Positions 9,334 through 19,819 of a stretch of 55,724 nucleotides of DNA are shown piece after piece. Where the stretch lies: assembly GCA_023512635.1 (NCBI GenBank), contig JAILZF010000001.1, positions 1-55,724 of the forward strand, given 5' to 3'. Position numbers and translations under genes: made by a program. Each line of letters starts with the position of its first letter. Positions within the stretch are counted from its first letter, which is position 1. The notes beneath the pieces are model-generated. The model had not been told where the DNA came from. It did no database searches and saw nothing but the letters and a program-made list of their open reading frames with translations. Source of the DNA: Alicyclobacillus sp. (GTDB lineage: Bacteria > Bacillota > Bacilli > Alicyclobacillales > Alicyclobacillaceae).

Positions 9334-10482
9334 TCACCCTTGAGCCGCCCGCCCGCCGCGCAGGTCTTGCACCACGCGTGCAACCACCTGGCCTGCAGCC
9401 AGCACTTCGGCCGGGTCCAGCAAACTCGAAAAACTAAAGCGTACGGCGGATTCGACTCGTTCGGGGGGCCATCCGCAAGCCTGCAAAACATGGCTCGGCT
9501 GCAAGCTGCCCGCCGTGCAAGCCGCGCCCGCAGACGCCGCCACCCCTTCCAGGTCCAGGCGCATCAACAACCGGTCACTGCGTACCCCGGAAAACGAAAC
9601 ATTGAGTACACTGGCCGCCCCGCCTTGGGCCGGACTGTTCCACTCCACCCCGGGCAAGCCGTGCAGGCCTTGGACAAACGCCGCCCGTATCTGCTCCAAC
9701 CGGCGCAACCGCTGTTCTCCTTGCGCCTGCAGCCACGCTGCGGCCGCACCCAGGCCGACAATCCCCGCCGCGTGCTCTGTGCCCGCCCGCCGCCCGCGTT
9801 CCTGGGCACCGCCGCGCAACACCGGCCGCCACGGCGTCCCCTGGCGAATGTACAGGACGCCAACGCCTTTGGGTGCATGGATTTTGTGGCCCGAAAAACT
9901 CGCCAGGTCGAGCTGCGTATCTGACAGGCGCAACGGTGCCAGCCCCAAGGCTTGGACCATGTCTGAGTGCACCACGATGTCGGGGCGCAGCCGCTTGACT
10001 GCCGCCGCTGTCTCGGCAACAGGCGTCACCGCCCCCGTTTCATTGTTGACCGCCATCAGCGAGACCAGCCGCGTCTCCGGCCGGATGGCTGCCAGCACCG
10101 CTGCCGTGGTCAGTGAACCATCCGGCTGCGGTGGCAGGTACGTGACGTCCGCCCCCAACTCGGCCAGCAACTCGCAGGTGTGCAAGACGGCGTGGTGTTC
10201 CGCTTGCCCTGTAATCACATGGCCGCGGCTGCCAGCCGCCAACCAGGCGCCGAGCAACGCTGCTTGCACCGATTCGGTCCCGCCACTGGTGAACACCAAC
10301 GCCTGGGCCGGGACCCCCAGCAGACTGGCCACCTGCGCACGGGCTCGTTCAATTCCCGCGCGCGCTGCCCGGCCGGCAGCGTGGATGCTCGACGGGTTGC
10401 CAAAAACATCCTGCAAGTACGGTTCCATGGCAGCCCGCACCTCTGGTAACAGCGGCGTGGTGGCCGCGTTGTCCAGGTACAT
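9334..10482 (-). CDS. iscS: cysteine desulfurase (IscS/NifS family, YrvO-like)
   Basis: YLDNAATTP, GNPSSIH, FTSGGTES, SGHKIHAPKG (PLP Lys) and SAGAACTAG (catalytic Cys) motifs. Confidence 0.93.
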   Translation of the reverse strand: MYLDNAATTPLLPEVRAAMEPYLQDVFGNPSSIHAAGRAARAGIERARAQVASLLGVPAQALVFTSGGTESVQAALLGAWLAAGSRGHVITGQAEHHAVLHTCELLAELGADVTYLPPQPDGSLTTAAVLAAIRPETRLVSLMAVNNETGAVTPVAETAAAVKRLRPDIVVHSDMVQALGLAPLRLSDTQLDLASFSGHKIHAPKGVGVLYIRQGTPWRPVLRGGAQERGRRAGTEHAAGIVGLGAAAAWLQAQGEQRLRRLEQIRAAFVQGLHGLPGVEWNSPAQGGAASVLNVSFSGVRSDRLLMRLDLEGVAASAGAACTAGSLQPSHVLQACGWPPERVESAVRFSFSSLLDPAEVLAAGQVVARVVQDLRGGRAAQG

Positions 10483-10545
10483 CAACCTCTTCTGCCCCCT
10501 CGCCGGCTTCCCGGCCCCCCGTAGCCGCCTGTCTACCCTGCCGCA

Positions 10546-10956
10546 TCAGATGTAATACATGTAAGCGTCGGCGTACCCTTGCTGTTGGTCAACCAGGTCC
10601 TGGAGCGTGGTCGAGGTCAGCACGCCCAGGATGGCGTCGCGCAGTTTTTGCCACAACTCGTCCAACCCATCGTGGATGTCTTCGTCAACCAGCTGCAGTG
10701 GACCCTCCAACGTTAAAATCACGTCGGCCGCCGTGATCTCTGTTGGCGCTTTGGCCAGTACATAGCCCCCGTACGCGCCGCGCACACTGCGCACAATCCC
10801 GGCGTTGCGCAGCGGTGCAATCAACTGCTCTAAATAGTGTTCCGACAGCCCCTGCCGCTCGGCAATCGACTTCAGTGAAACGGGCGATCCCGCGCCGTGT
10901 ATAGCCAGGTCTACCAACAGCATGAGCCCGTACCGCCCTTTGGTCGAGATCTTCAC
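10546..10956 (-). CDS. cymR: Rrf2-family regulator CymR (no Cys/Fe-S ligands)
   Basis: KISTKGRYGL, LSEHYLEQL and SVRGAYGGY motifs; C-terminal YMYYI; GTG overlaps the rarA stop. Confidence 0.88.
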   Translation of the reverse strand: MKISTKGRYGLMLLVDLAIHGAGSPVSLKSIAERQGLSEHYLEQLIAPLRNAGIVRSVRGAYGGYVLAKAPTEITAADVILTLEGPLQLVDEDIHDGLDELWQKLRDAILGVLTSTTLQDLVDQQQGYADAYMYYI

Positions 10957-12230
10957 GCTTGTCCATCCTCCCTTGGCACGTAGCGGCGTGGAGCCACTCC
11001 GACCGGCCAGTAGTTTTGCTCTACCCAATGGCCCGGGTAATCGTGCGGGTACAGATACCCCACGCCACTGCCCAAAGCGGCTGCGCCCGCGTAGCCTGTG
11101 CCGCGCAGGTGGGCCGGGACTGTCAGGGGCAGGCCCTGTTCAACATCGCGCATCGCGGCGTTGATAGCTTGATACGCCGCGTTTGACTTGTTCGCCCGGG
11201 CTAAGTAAATGGTCGCTTCCGCCAGAGGTATCCGCGCTTCCGGCATGCCGATGGCCTGAACCGCATGCAAGGTGGCCACAGCCAGCGGCAACGCCTGGGG
11301 GTCAGCCAGGCCGATGTCCTCAGCAGCCAGAATCACCAAGCGGCGGGCGATAAACAACGGGTCTTCACCCGCAGTCAGCATTTTGGCCAGCCACAAAACC
11401 GCCGCATCCGGGTCCGACCCGCGCACCGCTTTGATCCACGCGGAAATCGTGTCATAGTGCTCGTCTCCTGCGCTGTCATACAGGACGGTACGCTGCTGCA
11501 GACAGGTGCGCATTTGCTGGAGGTCCACTTGGGCGCGGCCGTCCGGTCCGAGCGGAGCGGTGGTCACCGCCCACTCCAGGGCGTTTAAGGCCCGCCGTGC
11601 GTCACCCGCTGCCGCCTGCGCCAGCCAATCTAAGGCAGCGTTTTCCACCACGGCTTGCCATGCCCCCAGCCCGCGTTCCGGGTCACGCAAGGCTCGTTCC
11701 AGCAGCTGACGAATCGCGGCTGCTGACAGCGGCTGCAAACGGTACACCTGGGAGCGAGACAACAAGGCCGCGTTCACCGCAAACGACGGGTTTTCTGTGG
11801 TCGCCCCCACCAGGGTCAACAGTCCTTGTTCCACATGAGGCAACAACAGGTCTTGCTGAGCCTTGTTAAATCGGTGAATCTCATCAATGAATAGGACAGT
11901 CTGCCGGTTGTAAAGTGCACGCTCATCCCGTGCCTGTTGAATGACCTGGCGCAGCTCCGCCACCCCAGCCGTCACGGCGTTCAGCTGGACAAAGCGCGCC
12001 TGCACGGCCGCAGCCAAGACATTGGCCAACGCAGTCTTCCCTGTGCCGGGTGGTCCATACAAAATCACAGACCGCAGTTGCCCCGTCTGCGCTGCCCGGC
12101 GCAAGGCACTTCCCGGCCCGATGACCTCTTCTTGCCCTACCAGTTCATCCAACGTACGCGGCCGCATGCGGTAGGCCAGCGGCGCCGTCCGCTCCGCTTC
12201 GCGCTCGGCCTGTGCTTGAAACAGGTCCAC
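10953..12230 (-). CDS. rarA: replication-associated recombination protein A (RarA/MgsA)
   Basis: PLAYRMRP, GPPGTGKT, FIDEIHRFNKAQQD, GATTENP and HYDTISA motifs. Confidence 0.95.
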   Translation of the reverse strand: MDLFQAQAEREAERTAPLAYRMRPRTLDELVGQEEVIGPGSALRRAAQTGQLRSVILYGPPGTGKTALANVLAAAVQARFVQLNAVTAGVAELRQVIQQARDERALYNRQTVLFIDEIHRFNKAQQDLLLPHVEQGLLTLVGATTENPSFAVNAALLSRSQVYRLQPLSAAAIRQLLERALRDPERGLGAWQAVVENAALDWLAQAAAGDARRALNALEWAVTTAPLGPDGRAQVDLQQMRTCLQQRTVLYDSAGDEHYDTISAWIKAVRGSDPDAAVLWLAKMLTAGEDPLFIARRLVILAAEDIGLADPQALPLAVATLHAVQAIGMPEARIPLAEATIYLARANKSNAAYQAINAAMRDVEQGLPLTVPAHLRGTGYAGAAALGSGVGYLYPHDYPGHWVEQNYWPVGVAPRRYVPREDGQA

Positions 12231-12387
12231 ATCCCTGCCCCCTCTCGACCGCCGCTCCAGGCGACGGTGTACCCGCCCGCGCCGTCTGCTGCTCGGGTCA
12301 CGGGTCCGGGGGTTCAGAAACCCCAAGTATTAAAATTGACATTCTTAAAGTATAACCGGAAGGTTCTCCCGGCAACAAGTCCAACGC

Positions 12388-12413
12388 AAAAAGGCAGCCC
12401 CTCTGGCTGCCTT
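12388..12413 (-). terminator. intrinsic terminator after 6S RNA
   Basis: AAGGCAGCC-agagg-GGCTGCCTTTTT. Confidence 0.8.
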
Positions 12414-12442
12414 CTATGTGTTGAAAGCTTGGTCGAAAGCAC

Positions 12443-12631
12443 AGAACCCCGCTTCTGCCGTGAAGCCTCCCGAATTGAACCTGCGCTCGGCAGGTGGGTG
12501 TCCTGCTCATCCGCTTGCACGTCCACGAAGGCGACCTTGAGGCATGTGCGCACGGGAGAGACGCCGGACTCCCTTTGTACGGGGTGTTGGCTCAATTAAC
12601 AGCAAGGCTTACACGCACAGCGCAGGGATTT
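12443..12631 (-). ncRNA. ssrS: 6S RNA
   Basis: AAATCCCTGCG..GCGT, TTGAGCCAACAC, GGACACCCACCTGC..GGTTCAA and CACGGCA..GGGG motifs; canonical position between aspS and rarA. Ends are approximate. Confidence 0.88.
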
Positions 12632-12671
12632 GCGCCGGGCAACCGGCTGTGCCGGCCGCCGCTGTGACCTT

Positions 12672-12701
12672 ATGGTACCACCCTCGGCCGCACGGATGCA
12701 A
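12672..12701 (-). promoter_or_regulatory. sigma-A promoter for 6S RNA
   Basis: TTGCAT-18 nt-TACCAT with extended TG. Confidence 0.6.
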
Positions 12702-12758
12702 GCGCTAAACCTTGCCTCTGGCGCCTGCAAGCAGCCTTGCAGAGCGGGCGCAGAGCGG

Positions 12759-14567
12759 TTATCTGCGCCGGTCATCCCCAGTCAGGACAGGGGCCCGCAA
12801 CGCCAAATGGAGGGTGTCCAGTTGCGCCTGGCTGACCGGAGCGGGCGCCTGCATCATCAAGTCGGAGCCACTCTGTGTCTTCGGGAAGGCAATGCAGTCG
12901 CGCAGCGAGCTGCCCCCGCCGAGGATCATCACCAGCCGGTCAATGCCAAAAGCAATTCCCCCGTGCGGCGGCGTGCCGTACTCAAACGCGTCAAGCAAAA
13001 AGCCAAACTGTTGGCGCGCCTCCTCCGGTGCAAAGCCAAGTGCGCGGAACATCCGCTCTTGCAGCTCGCGCTGAAAGATGCGCATGCTGCCCCCGCCCAG
13101 CTCGTACCCGTTGAGCACCAAGTCATACGCTTGGGCGCGCACCGACCCCGGGTCGGTTTCCAGCTTGTCGATGTCTTCCCAGCGCGGCATGGTGAACGGG
13201 TGGTGCTCAGCCACCCAGCGCTGTTCTTCTTCATCGTACGTCAAGAGCGGGAAATCGACCACCCAGAGGAAGCGGAACGCCGATGTGTCCACCAGACCCA
13301 GCTCATGGCCGAGTTTCAGCCGCAGCGCGCCCAGCGCTGGCAAGACCACTTGGCGTGGCCCAGCGCCCATCAACACCAAGTCGCCGTCCCTGGCGCCCGC
13401 AGCCATCGCCAACGCTTGCAGTTGCTCGGGCGTAAAGAACTTCGCAATGGGCGAGCGGTACTCCCCTCCCGCCAGCGCCAAAGGCGCCAAGCCTTTCAGG
13501 CCGTAACCAGCGACAAAGCGCACCAAGTCGTCCAGCTGTTTGCGCGAATACCCGGCACAGCCGGGCGCCACCAACGCCTTGATCACGCCGCCTTGCGCCA
13601 ACACGTCCTGAAACACGCGGAACGAGGACCCTTGCACGGCTGCCGCTATGTCTTGCAACGGCATGTCAAAGCGCAGGTCCGGCTTGTCTGAGCCGTAGCG
13701 TTCCATCGCCTCTTGGTAGGGCAGGCGCTGAAACGGCAGGGACAGCTCCCGGCCGAGCACGGTGCGAAACACGTGTTGCATCATCTCTTCCATCAGTGCC
13801 TGAAAGGCCTCAGGCGGCAAAAACGATTGTTCAATATCCAACTGCGTAAACTCCGGTTGCCGGTCAGCGCGCAGGTCTTCGTCGCGGAAGCAGCGGACGA
13901 TTTGGTAATAGCGCTCGACACCCGCCACCATTAACAGTTGTTTAAACAACTGCGGTGACTGGGGCAAGGCATAGAACGACCCCGGTTGCAGCCGGCTGGG
14001 CACGAGGAAGTCGCGGGCGCCTTCCGGCGTGCTGCGTGTGAGCATCGGCGTCTCCACTTCGAGAAACCCGTGATGGTCTAAAAACTGCCGCAGCGCCCGC
14101 GTGACTTGGTGGCGCATGCGCAGCATCGACTGCATTTCCGGCCGGCGCAGATCAAGATAACGGTAGCGCAGACGCACCGCCTCATCCACGTCAATCCCGT
14201 CTTGCACGGGGAACGGCGGGGTCTTGGCCGAGTTGAGCAACTCCAAGGCTGTGACCACCAGTTCGATGGTTCCAGTTTCCAATTTCAGGTTGACCGTCTC
14301 CGGTGCGCGTTCCACCACTTGACCGCGCACACTGATCACCGCCTCGCTGCGCAGGCGGTCGGCCGCTGTCTGCACGTCGGCAGGCGTACCGCGCGACGGG
14401 TCAAACACCAGTTGCAAGATCCCGCTGCGATCCCGCAAGTCAATGAACACGACACTGCCCAGGTCGCGCCGGCGCTGTACCCAACCGGACAACACCACCT
14501 CTTGGCCGACGGCTGCCAGTGTCTCGCGGACGCTGTGCGTCCGGTAGAGTTCAGGTCGATGCAACAC
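12759..14567 (-). CDS. aspS: aspartate--tRNA ligase
   Basis: FIDLRDRSG, RLRYRYLDLR, PEGARDF, LPQSPQLFKQ, FRDEDLRADRQPEF and GIDR motifs; GTG 14567 with GGAGG RBS. Confidence 0.97.
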   Translation of the reverse strand: MLHRPELYRTHSVRETLAAVGQEVVLSGWVQRRRDLGSVVFIDLRDRSGILQLVFDPSRGTPADVQTAADRLRSEAVISVRGQVVERAPETVNLKLETGTIELVVTALELLNSAKTPPFPVQDGIDVDEAVRLRYRYLDLRRPEMQSMLRMRHQVTRALRQFLDHHGFLEVETPMLTRSTPEGARDFLVPSRLQPGSFYALPQSPQLFKQLLMVAGVERYYQIVRCFRDEDLRADRQPEFTQLDIEQSFLPPEAFQALMEEMMQHVFRTVLGRELSLPFQRLPYQEAMERYGSDKPDLRFDMPLQDIAAAVQGSSFRVFQDVLAQGGVIKALVAPGCAGYSRKQLDDLVRFVAGYGLKGLAPLALAGGEYRSPIAKFFTPEQLQALAMAAGARDGDLVLMGAGPRQVVLPALGALRLKLGHELGLVDTSAFRFLWVVDFPLLTYDEEEQRWVAEHHPFTMPRWEDIDKLETDPGSVRAQAYDLVLNGYELGGGSMRIFQRELQERMFRALGFAPEEARQQFGFLLDAFEYGTPPHGGIAFGIDRLVMILGGGSSLRDCIAFPKTQSGSDLMMQAPAPVSQAQLDTLHLALRAPVLTGDDRRR

Positions 14568-15828
14568 GGTCTGCTCCTCCCTTGCCCACATACTCCGCGA
14601 TGTCCGCCAACGCCACTTGGGCCTGGAGGCCCGTTTGCAGGTCTTTGACAGTGGCCAGGCCCGTCGCCAATTCGGCTTCGCCTAGCAGCACCGCAAAGCG
14701 CGCGCCATCGCGGTCAGCCTGCTTTAACTGCGCTTTGATACCGCGGCCGCGGTAATCGCGGTCCGCCACCAGTCCAGCGCTGCGCAACTGCCGCAGGACG
14801 CGCGTTGCCAACGGGGCCGCGGCTGCATCGACCACCACCACAAACGCGTCCAGGGCGGCTGGGCGGGCGCGGGTCAGACCTTGCTCTTGCAGGACCAACA
14901 AGGCGCGCTCGAAGCCGCCCGCAAAGCCCACCCCTGGGGTTTCCGGTCCGCCCAGTTCGCGGACCAACCCGTTGTAACGCCCGCCGCCAGCGACTGAGCT
15001 GTAGCCGGGGACGATGCACTCCCATGTGGTCCGCGTGTAGTAGTCCAGGCCCCGTACCAGGTGGTCGTTCAGCCGGTAAGGAAGGTCCATGGCCGCAAGG
15101 TGTGCCTGAACCTGGGCAAAGTGTTCGGCACACGCCGGGCAGAGGCTGGCGCGGATGGTAGGGGCGCCGGATTCTGCCAGAAGTGCCTGGCAGGCGGGTT
15201 GTTTGCAGTCGAACACGCGCAGCGGATTGCGGGTCAACCGCTGTTGGCAATCGCCGCAAAACCGGTCGGCAAGCGGCTGCAACTTGGCCAGCATCTGCTC
15301 GCGGTGCAACGGCCGGCAGACGGGACAACCAACGCTGTTCAGCTCCAGCTCCACCCCTTGCAGACCAAACCCGGCCAGCAGGTCCAGGTTGAGAGCAATC
15401 ACCTCAGCGTCAAGCGCAGGGTCATCTGCACCGAGCGCTTCGACACCGTACTGGTGAAACTGCCGCCACCGGCCCTTTTGCGGCTTTTCGTAGCGGAACA
15501 TGGGCCCAGCATAAAACAGTTTGACCGCTCCCGGCTGACCGTACAATTTGTTCTCCACAAACGCCCTGACAACCCCGGCGGTGTACTCTGGACGCAGCGT
15601 CACGCTACGTCCGCCCCGGTCTAAGAAGGTGTACATCTCTTTGGCGACAATGTCGGTGGTTTCGCCGACCCCGCGTTGAAAAAGCTCCGTGTGTTCAAAC
15701 ACAGGGGTGCGGATTTCTTGATAGTGGTAGCGGGTACAGGTATCGCGCACGACCTGTTCGAGGTGCTGCCATTGTTCCACTTCTCCTGGCAACACATCTG
15801 CCGTCCCCCGCGGTCGTTGCGTGAGCAT
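14551..15828 (-). CDS. hisS: histidine--tRNA ligase
   Basis: PRGT, KEMY, LRPEYTA, FRYEKPQKGR.RQF, LVRGLDYY and GGGRY motifs; ATG 15828 (alternative 15834). Confidence 0.97.
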   Translation of the reverse strand: MLTQRPRGTADVLPGEVEQWQHLEQVVRDTCTRYHYQEIRTPVFEHTELFQRGVGETTDIVAKEMYTFLDRGGRSVTLRPEYTAGVVRAFVENKLYGQPGAVKLFYAGPMFRYEKPQKGRWRQFHQYGVEALGADDPALDAEVIALNLDLLAGFGLQGVELELNSVGCPVCRPLHREQMLAKLQPLADRFCGDCQQRLTRNPLRVFDCKQPACQALLAESGAPTIRASLCPACAEHFAQVQAHLAAMDLPYRLNDHLVRGLDYYTRTTWECIVPGYSSVAGGGRYNGLVRELGGPETPGVGFAGGFERALLVLQEQGLTRARPAALDAFVVVVDAAAAPLATRVLRQLRSAGLVADRDYRGRGIKAQLKQADRDGARFAVLLGEAELATGLATVKDLQTGLQAQVALADIAEYVGKGGADRVAST

Positions 15829-15911
15829 AGTCATTCCCTCCTCGCCAACCCCTGCCTTGTCGCTGGGTCCCAAGCCGGCAAGTGATAAGCAAACCCTGCA
15901 CGGCGGTGCGC

Positions 15912-16024
15912 AAAACAAACGCCCTTTCGCCTGTCGTTGCGGACAGGGGCGAAAGGGCGCGGATTCGCGTTGCCACCCTGCTAGGACAAGCTCTCCCCTT
16001 CATCAAATCCAAGCTAAACGTCTA
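15912..16024 (-). promoter_or_regulatory. truncated T-box leader (antiterminator and terminator only)
   Basis: AGCAGGGTGGCAACGCG (15966-15982) pairs with TTCGCCCCT; terminator CGCCCTTTCGCC..GGCGAAAGGGCGTTTGTTTT; only ~40 nt between the inferred TSS and the T-box. Confidence 0.8.
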
Positions 16025-16030
16025 TCGGCC

Positions 16031-16060
16031 AGTATAGAACATGGCAATGAAACTTGTCAA
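16031..16060 (-). promoter_or_regulatory. sigma-A promoter for hisS-aspS
   Basis: TTGACA-18 nt-TATACT. Confidence 0.8.
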
Positions 16061-16096
16061 TTGCTGGCCGAGGTGGATGAGCCCCCTCACAGCGCT

Positions 16097-16273
16097 CTAA
16101 TGGCGGCGCATCTTTTGGAGTTTCGCCGTCCAATCACGCGGAGCATAAGCCCAATCGTCCGGCCACTCGGCCTCCTCTTCGTACCCGAGCAGCTGTTCTG
16201 CCTCTGGCCCGGGACCGTACAACAGGTTGTACAGCTGTTCTGTCCGGGAACCGTCCGACCCTCGTACTCGCAT
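16097..16273 (-). CDS. small acidic hypothetical protein (58 aa)
   Basis: GGGAGG RBS before ATG 16273; fills the gap between selA and the hisS promoter. Confidence 0.6.
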   Translation of the reverse strand: MRVRGSDGSRTEQLYNLLYGPGPEAEQLLGYEEEAEWPDDWAYAPRDWTAKLQKMRRH

Positions 16274-16340
16274 GTCGATCCGCCTCCCGCCGTGGTACCG
16301 GTTTTTGCCGGGCGGCAACCGCACAGTCTGCCGCTGCCCC

Positions 16341-17825
16341 CTAGTGTGTCTGGCCGGTTGGCGGGCCATACAACCCGTCCGCCACAGCCTTGGCTGCTGC
16401 TGCCACGCTGGCCAACAGCGGTTCGTCCTGGCCTGGCAAGAGGGTACGGACGTCGAGCACGACCGCGTCTTGGCCAATCCGTCCAATCACCGGCGGTTCA
16501 CCGCAGGTGCGCAGCAGCGCGGCGAGTTGCTGGGCACCCGCCCAGCGGCTGGTCAGGCGCAGGACGCGCGTCGGCAAGGCCGTTTCGGGCAAGGCCCCAC
16601 CGCCGACGTGCGACACGTCGTCCGCCTCCGCAACCGTGAGGGCGGCCGCGACGGCAGGGTCACTGCGCAGCCGGTCGGCCAATTGCCGACACCGTGCCGC
16701 CACATCGGCGTACGATTGCGTCAACATCCAGATCACGGGCAATTCTTGCTGAGCGGTCCCTGCCTCATAGGCGGCCAACGTGGCATCGAGGGCGGCTAAG
16801 GTCAGTTTGTCCACGCGCAAGGCGCGTGCCAACGGGTGGCGAGCCAACCGCTGCACCAGCTCCCGCCGGCCCGCGACGATGCCGGCCTGCGCCCCACCAA
16901 GCAGTTTGTCCCCGCTAAAACTGATTAAGTCTACCCCCGCCTGCAGGCTGTGCTGAACCGTCGGCTCGTCGCCGATTCCGTAGCGGGCAAAATCGAACAG
17001 GGCGCCGCTGCCCAGGTCTTCGTACAGAGGCACCCCACAGCGCTGGGACAAGGCGGCCAGGTCGGTGAGTGCTGGCTGCTCAGCAAAGCCCACAATCCGG
17101 TAGTTGCTCGTATGTACCCGCACCAGCAGGCGAGTTTGCGGCGTGATGGCACGTTCATAATCGGCCAACCGGGTCTTGTTGGTGCTCCCGACTTCGACCA
17201 ACGTCACCCCGGCTGCCTGCATCAGCTCCGGGATACGAAAGGACCCGCCGATTTCTACGAGTTGCCCGCGCGACACCACAGCCTCACCGCCGCTCGCCAA
17301 GGCGCTCAAGGTTAGCCACACAGCGGCGGCGTTGTTGTTCACCACCAACGCCGCCTCCGCACCTATCAACCGGCACAGTCGGGCTTCCACGTGGCTGTGG
17401 CGCCAGCCACGCCCCCCTTGTCCGAGGTCAAATTCCAGGTTGCTGTACTGGCCGCCCACCGCCCATACGGCCGTCAACGCCCGTTCCGACAACGGCGCCC
17501 TGCCCAAATTGGTGTGCAAGACCACACCTGTCAAGTTGAGCACAGGGCGCAGCTGCGGTTGCAGGCGCCGCTGTACACAGGCGCGTACGCGTTCAGCCAA
17601 GGCAGGGACGGCTGTCCATTGCGCCCACTGCTCGGCACTTGGCGGAGGCGCCATACCCTGCTCGGCTGCTGTCCACATGTTCCGCAACTCCGCCAAGGCC
17701 TCGTTCAATACGGCCGTCTGCGTAGCCCGGGGCAAACCTGCCAGCGCCTGTTGCACCTGCGGATCGGCCAATAACTTGTGGACAGCGGGAAGGGTACGCA
17801 ACTCCAAAGCTCGGTTCCACTGCAT
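16341..17825 (-). CDS. selA: L-seryl-tRNA(Sec) selenium transferase
   Basis: [52 protein letters not shown] (PLP Lys) and RALRVDK motifs; GGAGG RBS. Confidence 0.92.
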   Translation of the reverse strand: MQWNRALELRTLPAVHKLLADPQVQQALAGLPRATQTAVLNEALAELRNMWTAAEQGMAPPPSAEQWAQWTAVPALAERVRACVQRRLQPQLRPVLNLTGVVLHTNLGRAPLSERALTAVWAVGGQYSNLEFDLGQGGRGWRHSHVEARLCRLIGAEAALVVNNNAAAVWLTLSALASGGEAVVSRGQLVEIGGSFRIPELMQAAGVTLVEVGSTNKTRLADYERAITPQTRLLVRVHTSNYRIVGFAEQPALTDLAALSQRCGVPLYEDLGSGALFDFARYGIGDEPTVQHSLQAGVDLISFSGDKLLGGAQAGIVAGRRELVQRLARHPLARALRVDKLTLAALDATLAAYEAGTAQQELPVIWMLTQSYADVAARCRQLADRLRSDPAVAAALTVAEADDVSHVGGGALPETALPTRVLRLTSRWAGAQQLAALLRTCGEPPVIGRIGQDAVVLDVRTLLPGQDEPLLASVAAAAKAVADGLYGPPTGQTH

Positions 17826-17963
17826 CGTCGGTCCTCCGCAGCCAAGGGTTCTTTGATCCACCCTTACTTTACCATGACTCGGCCGTGGCGGGTCCCGGTG
17901 GTTTTGGGCGGAGCTACAAGACCGCCCCTGTATGCTAGGATGGGAGGGCGAGGAGGAATGGGA

Positions 17964-19274
17964 ATGCAACCGACAGTCAGTGAACGCTGGTTTGCGCGCG
18001 CCGAGCAGGTGATTTTAGGCGGCGTTAACAGCCCGTCGCGCTCGTTTGCCGCGGTGGGCGGCGGAACCCCGGTGGTGATGGCAAAAGCGGCCGGGTCGCG
18101 CTTCATCGATGTTGACGGGAAAGAATACATCGATTACTTGGCGGCGTTTGGTCCTTTGGTGCTGGGTCACGCCCATCCGTCGGTGACCGCCGCGATTCAA
18201 GCCGCGGCGGCCGAGGGCGTGCTGTACGGCACGCCAACCGTTTGGGAGGTGGAGTTTGCCGAAGCGCTGCAGCAGGCCATCCCTGCCCTGGAGCGGCTGC
18301 GGTTTGTCAACTCCGGCACCGAGGCGGTGATGACCACGGTGCGCGTGGCGCGCGGGGTCACCGGCCGGCACAAACTCCTAAAGTTCGCTGGGTGTTACCA
18401 CGGCCACTCTGACGCCATGCTGGTGGCTGCGGGCAGCGGTCCTTCTTCCCTGGGTGTTCCCGACAGCGCAGGCGTGACCCCGGCGGTGGCCGGTGAGGTC
18501 ATCACCGTACCGTTCAACGACCTCCAGGCATACGCTGACGCCTTGCAGCGCTATGGCCATGAACTGGCCGCCGTGCTGGTGGAGCCCATTGTCGGCAACT
18601 TCGGCATCGTGCCGCCGCGTGACCCCCACTACTTGAGAGAACTGATAGACCTGGCCCACCGTTACGGCACTTTGGTGATCTTCGACGAGGTGATCACGGC
18701 GTTCCGGTTTCATTACGGTACAGCCGCCCAACTTTACCAGGTAGAACCTGACCTGTACGCACTCGGCAAGGCGATTGGCGGCGGTCTGCCCATTGGCGCG
18801 TACGGCGGACGCCGGGACGTGATGGAGGCCGTCGCTCCGCTGGGACCGGTCTACCAGGCTGGTACCATGGCCGGCAACCCACTGTCCATGCGGGCCGGAT
18901 TGGCTTGCCTGAAAGCCTTGCGTGAACCGGGAGTCTATGAACGCATGGCGCGCTTAGGAGAACGGTTGACCGCAGGCATCCAAGCCGCGGCGGCGGAGGC
19001 TGGCGTCGCGGTCACCATCAACCGCGTGGGCGGTGCCTTTACCGTCTATTTCACCCAGCACCCTGTATCCAATTACGCGGATGCCCAGGCGACTGACAGC
19101 CGTCTGTTTGCTGTTTTCTTTCACGCCCTCTTGCGGCGCGGGGTCTACATCGCTCCGTCCAAATACGAGGCCTGGTTTGTCTCAGCCGCGCACAGCGACG
19201 CCGACGTCGACGTCACCCTGGCTGCCGTTGCTGCCAGCATGCAGGAGGTCGCAGCCGCCGCCCCGCCGCGCTAG
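17964..19274 (+). CDS. hemL: glutamate-1-semialdehyde 2,1-aminomutase
   Basis: [44 protein letters not shown] and [10 protein letters not shown] motifs. Confidence 0.95.
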   Translation: MQPTVSERWFARAEQVILGGVNSPSRSFAAVGGGTPVVMAKAAGSRFIDVDGKEYIDYLAAFGPLVLGHAHPSVTAAIQAAAAEGVLYGTPTVWEVEFAEALQQAIPALERLRFVNSGTEAVMTTVRVARGVTGRHKLLKFAGCYHGHSDAMLVAAGSGPSSLGVPDSAGVTPAVAGEVITVPFNDLQAYADALQRYGHELAAVLVEPIVGNFGIVPPRDPHYLRELIDLAHRYGTLVIFDEVITAFRFHYGTAAQLYQVEPDLYALGKAIGGGLPIGAYGGRRDVMEAVAPLGPVYQAGTMAGNPLSMRAGLACLKALREPGVYERMARLGERLTAGIQAAAAEAGVAVTINRVGGAFTVYFTQHPVSNYADAQATDSRLFAVFFHALLRRGVYIAPSKYEAWFVSAAHSDADVDVTLAAVAASMQEVAAAAPPR

Positions 19275-19320
19275 GCCGCCGGCGCGCTGAGACTGCACCA
19301 CGAATGGCGACAAATAGGCA

Positions 19321-19354
19321 GCAGGGCTGGCAGCGCTCACGCTGCCAGCCCTGC
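19321..19354. terminator. strong hairpin between convergent hemL and trxA
   Basis: Perfect 15-bp stem GCAGGGCTGGCAGCG-ctca-CGCTGCCAGCCCTGC; no clear U-tract. Confidence 0.55.
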
Positions 19355-19417
19355 ACCTCAAGTGAAAAGCCGCCGCACCGTCCTGACCACAGACCTGTGG
19401 CTGCCAGAGGGTTCTCC

Positions 19418-19735
<318 letters not shown>

Positions 19736-19819
19736 CTCACTTCCTCCTCCCATCGCTGCGAACGCGCTTGCGCGCGTGGATTATTGTACCACAGGCGAGA
19801 AAAAAACCGCAGCCGTGGG

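Noticed and set aside
12670..12685. T-box-like GGGTGGTACC downstream of aspS
   Set aside because: It lacks the following GCG and an antiterminator partner; better explained as the extended -10 of the 6S promoter.
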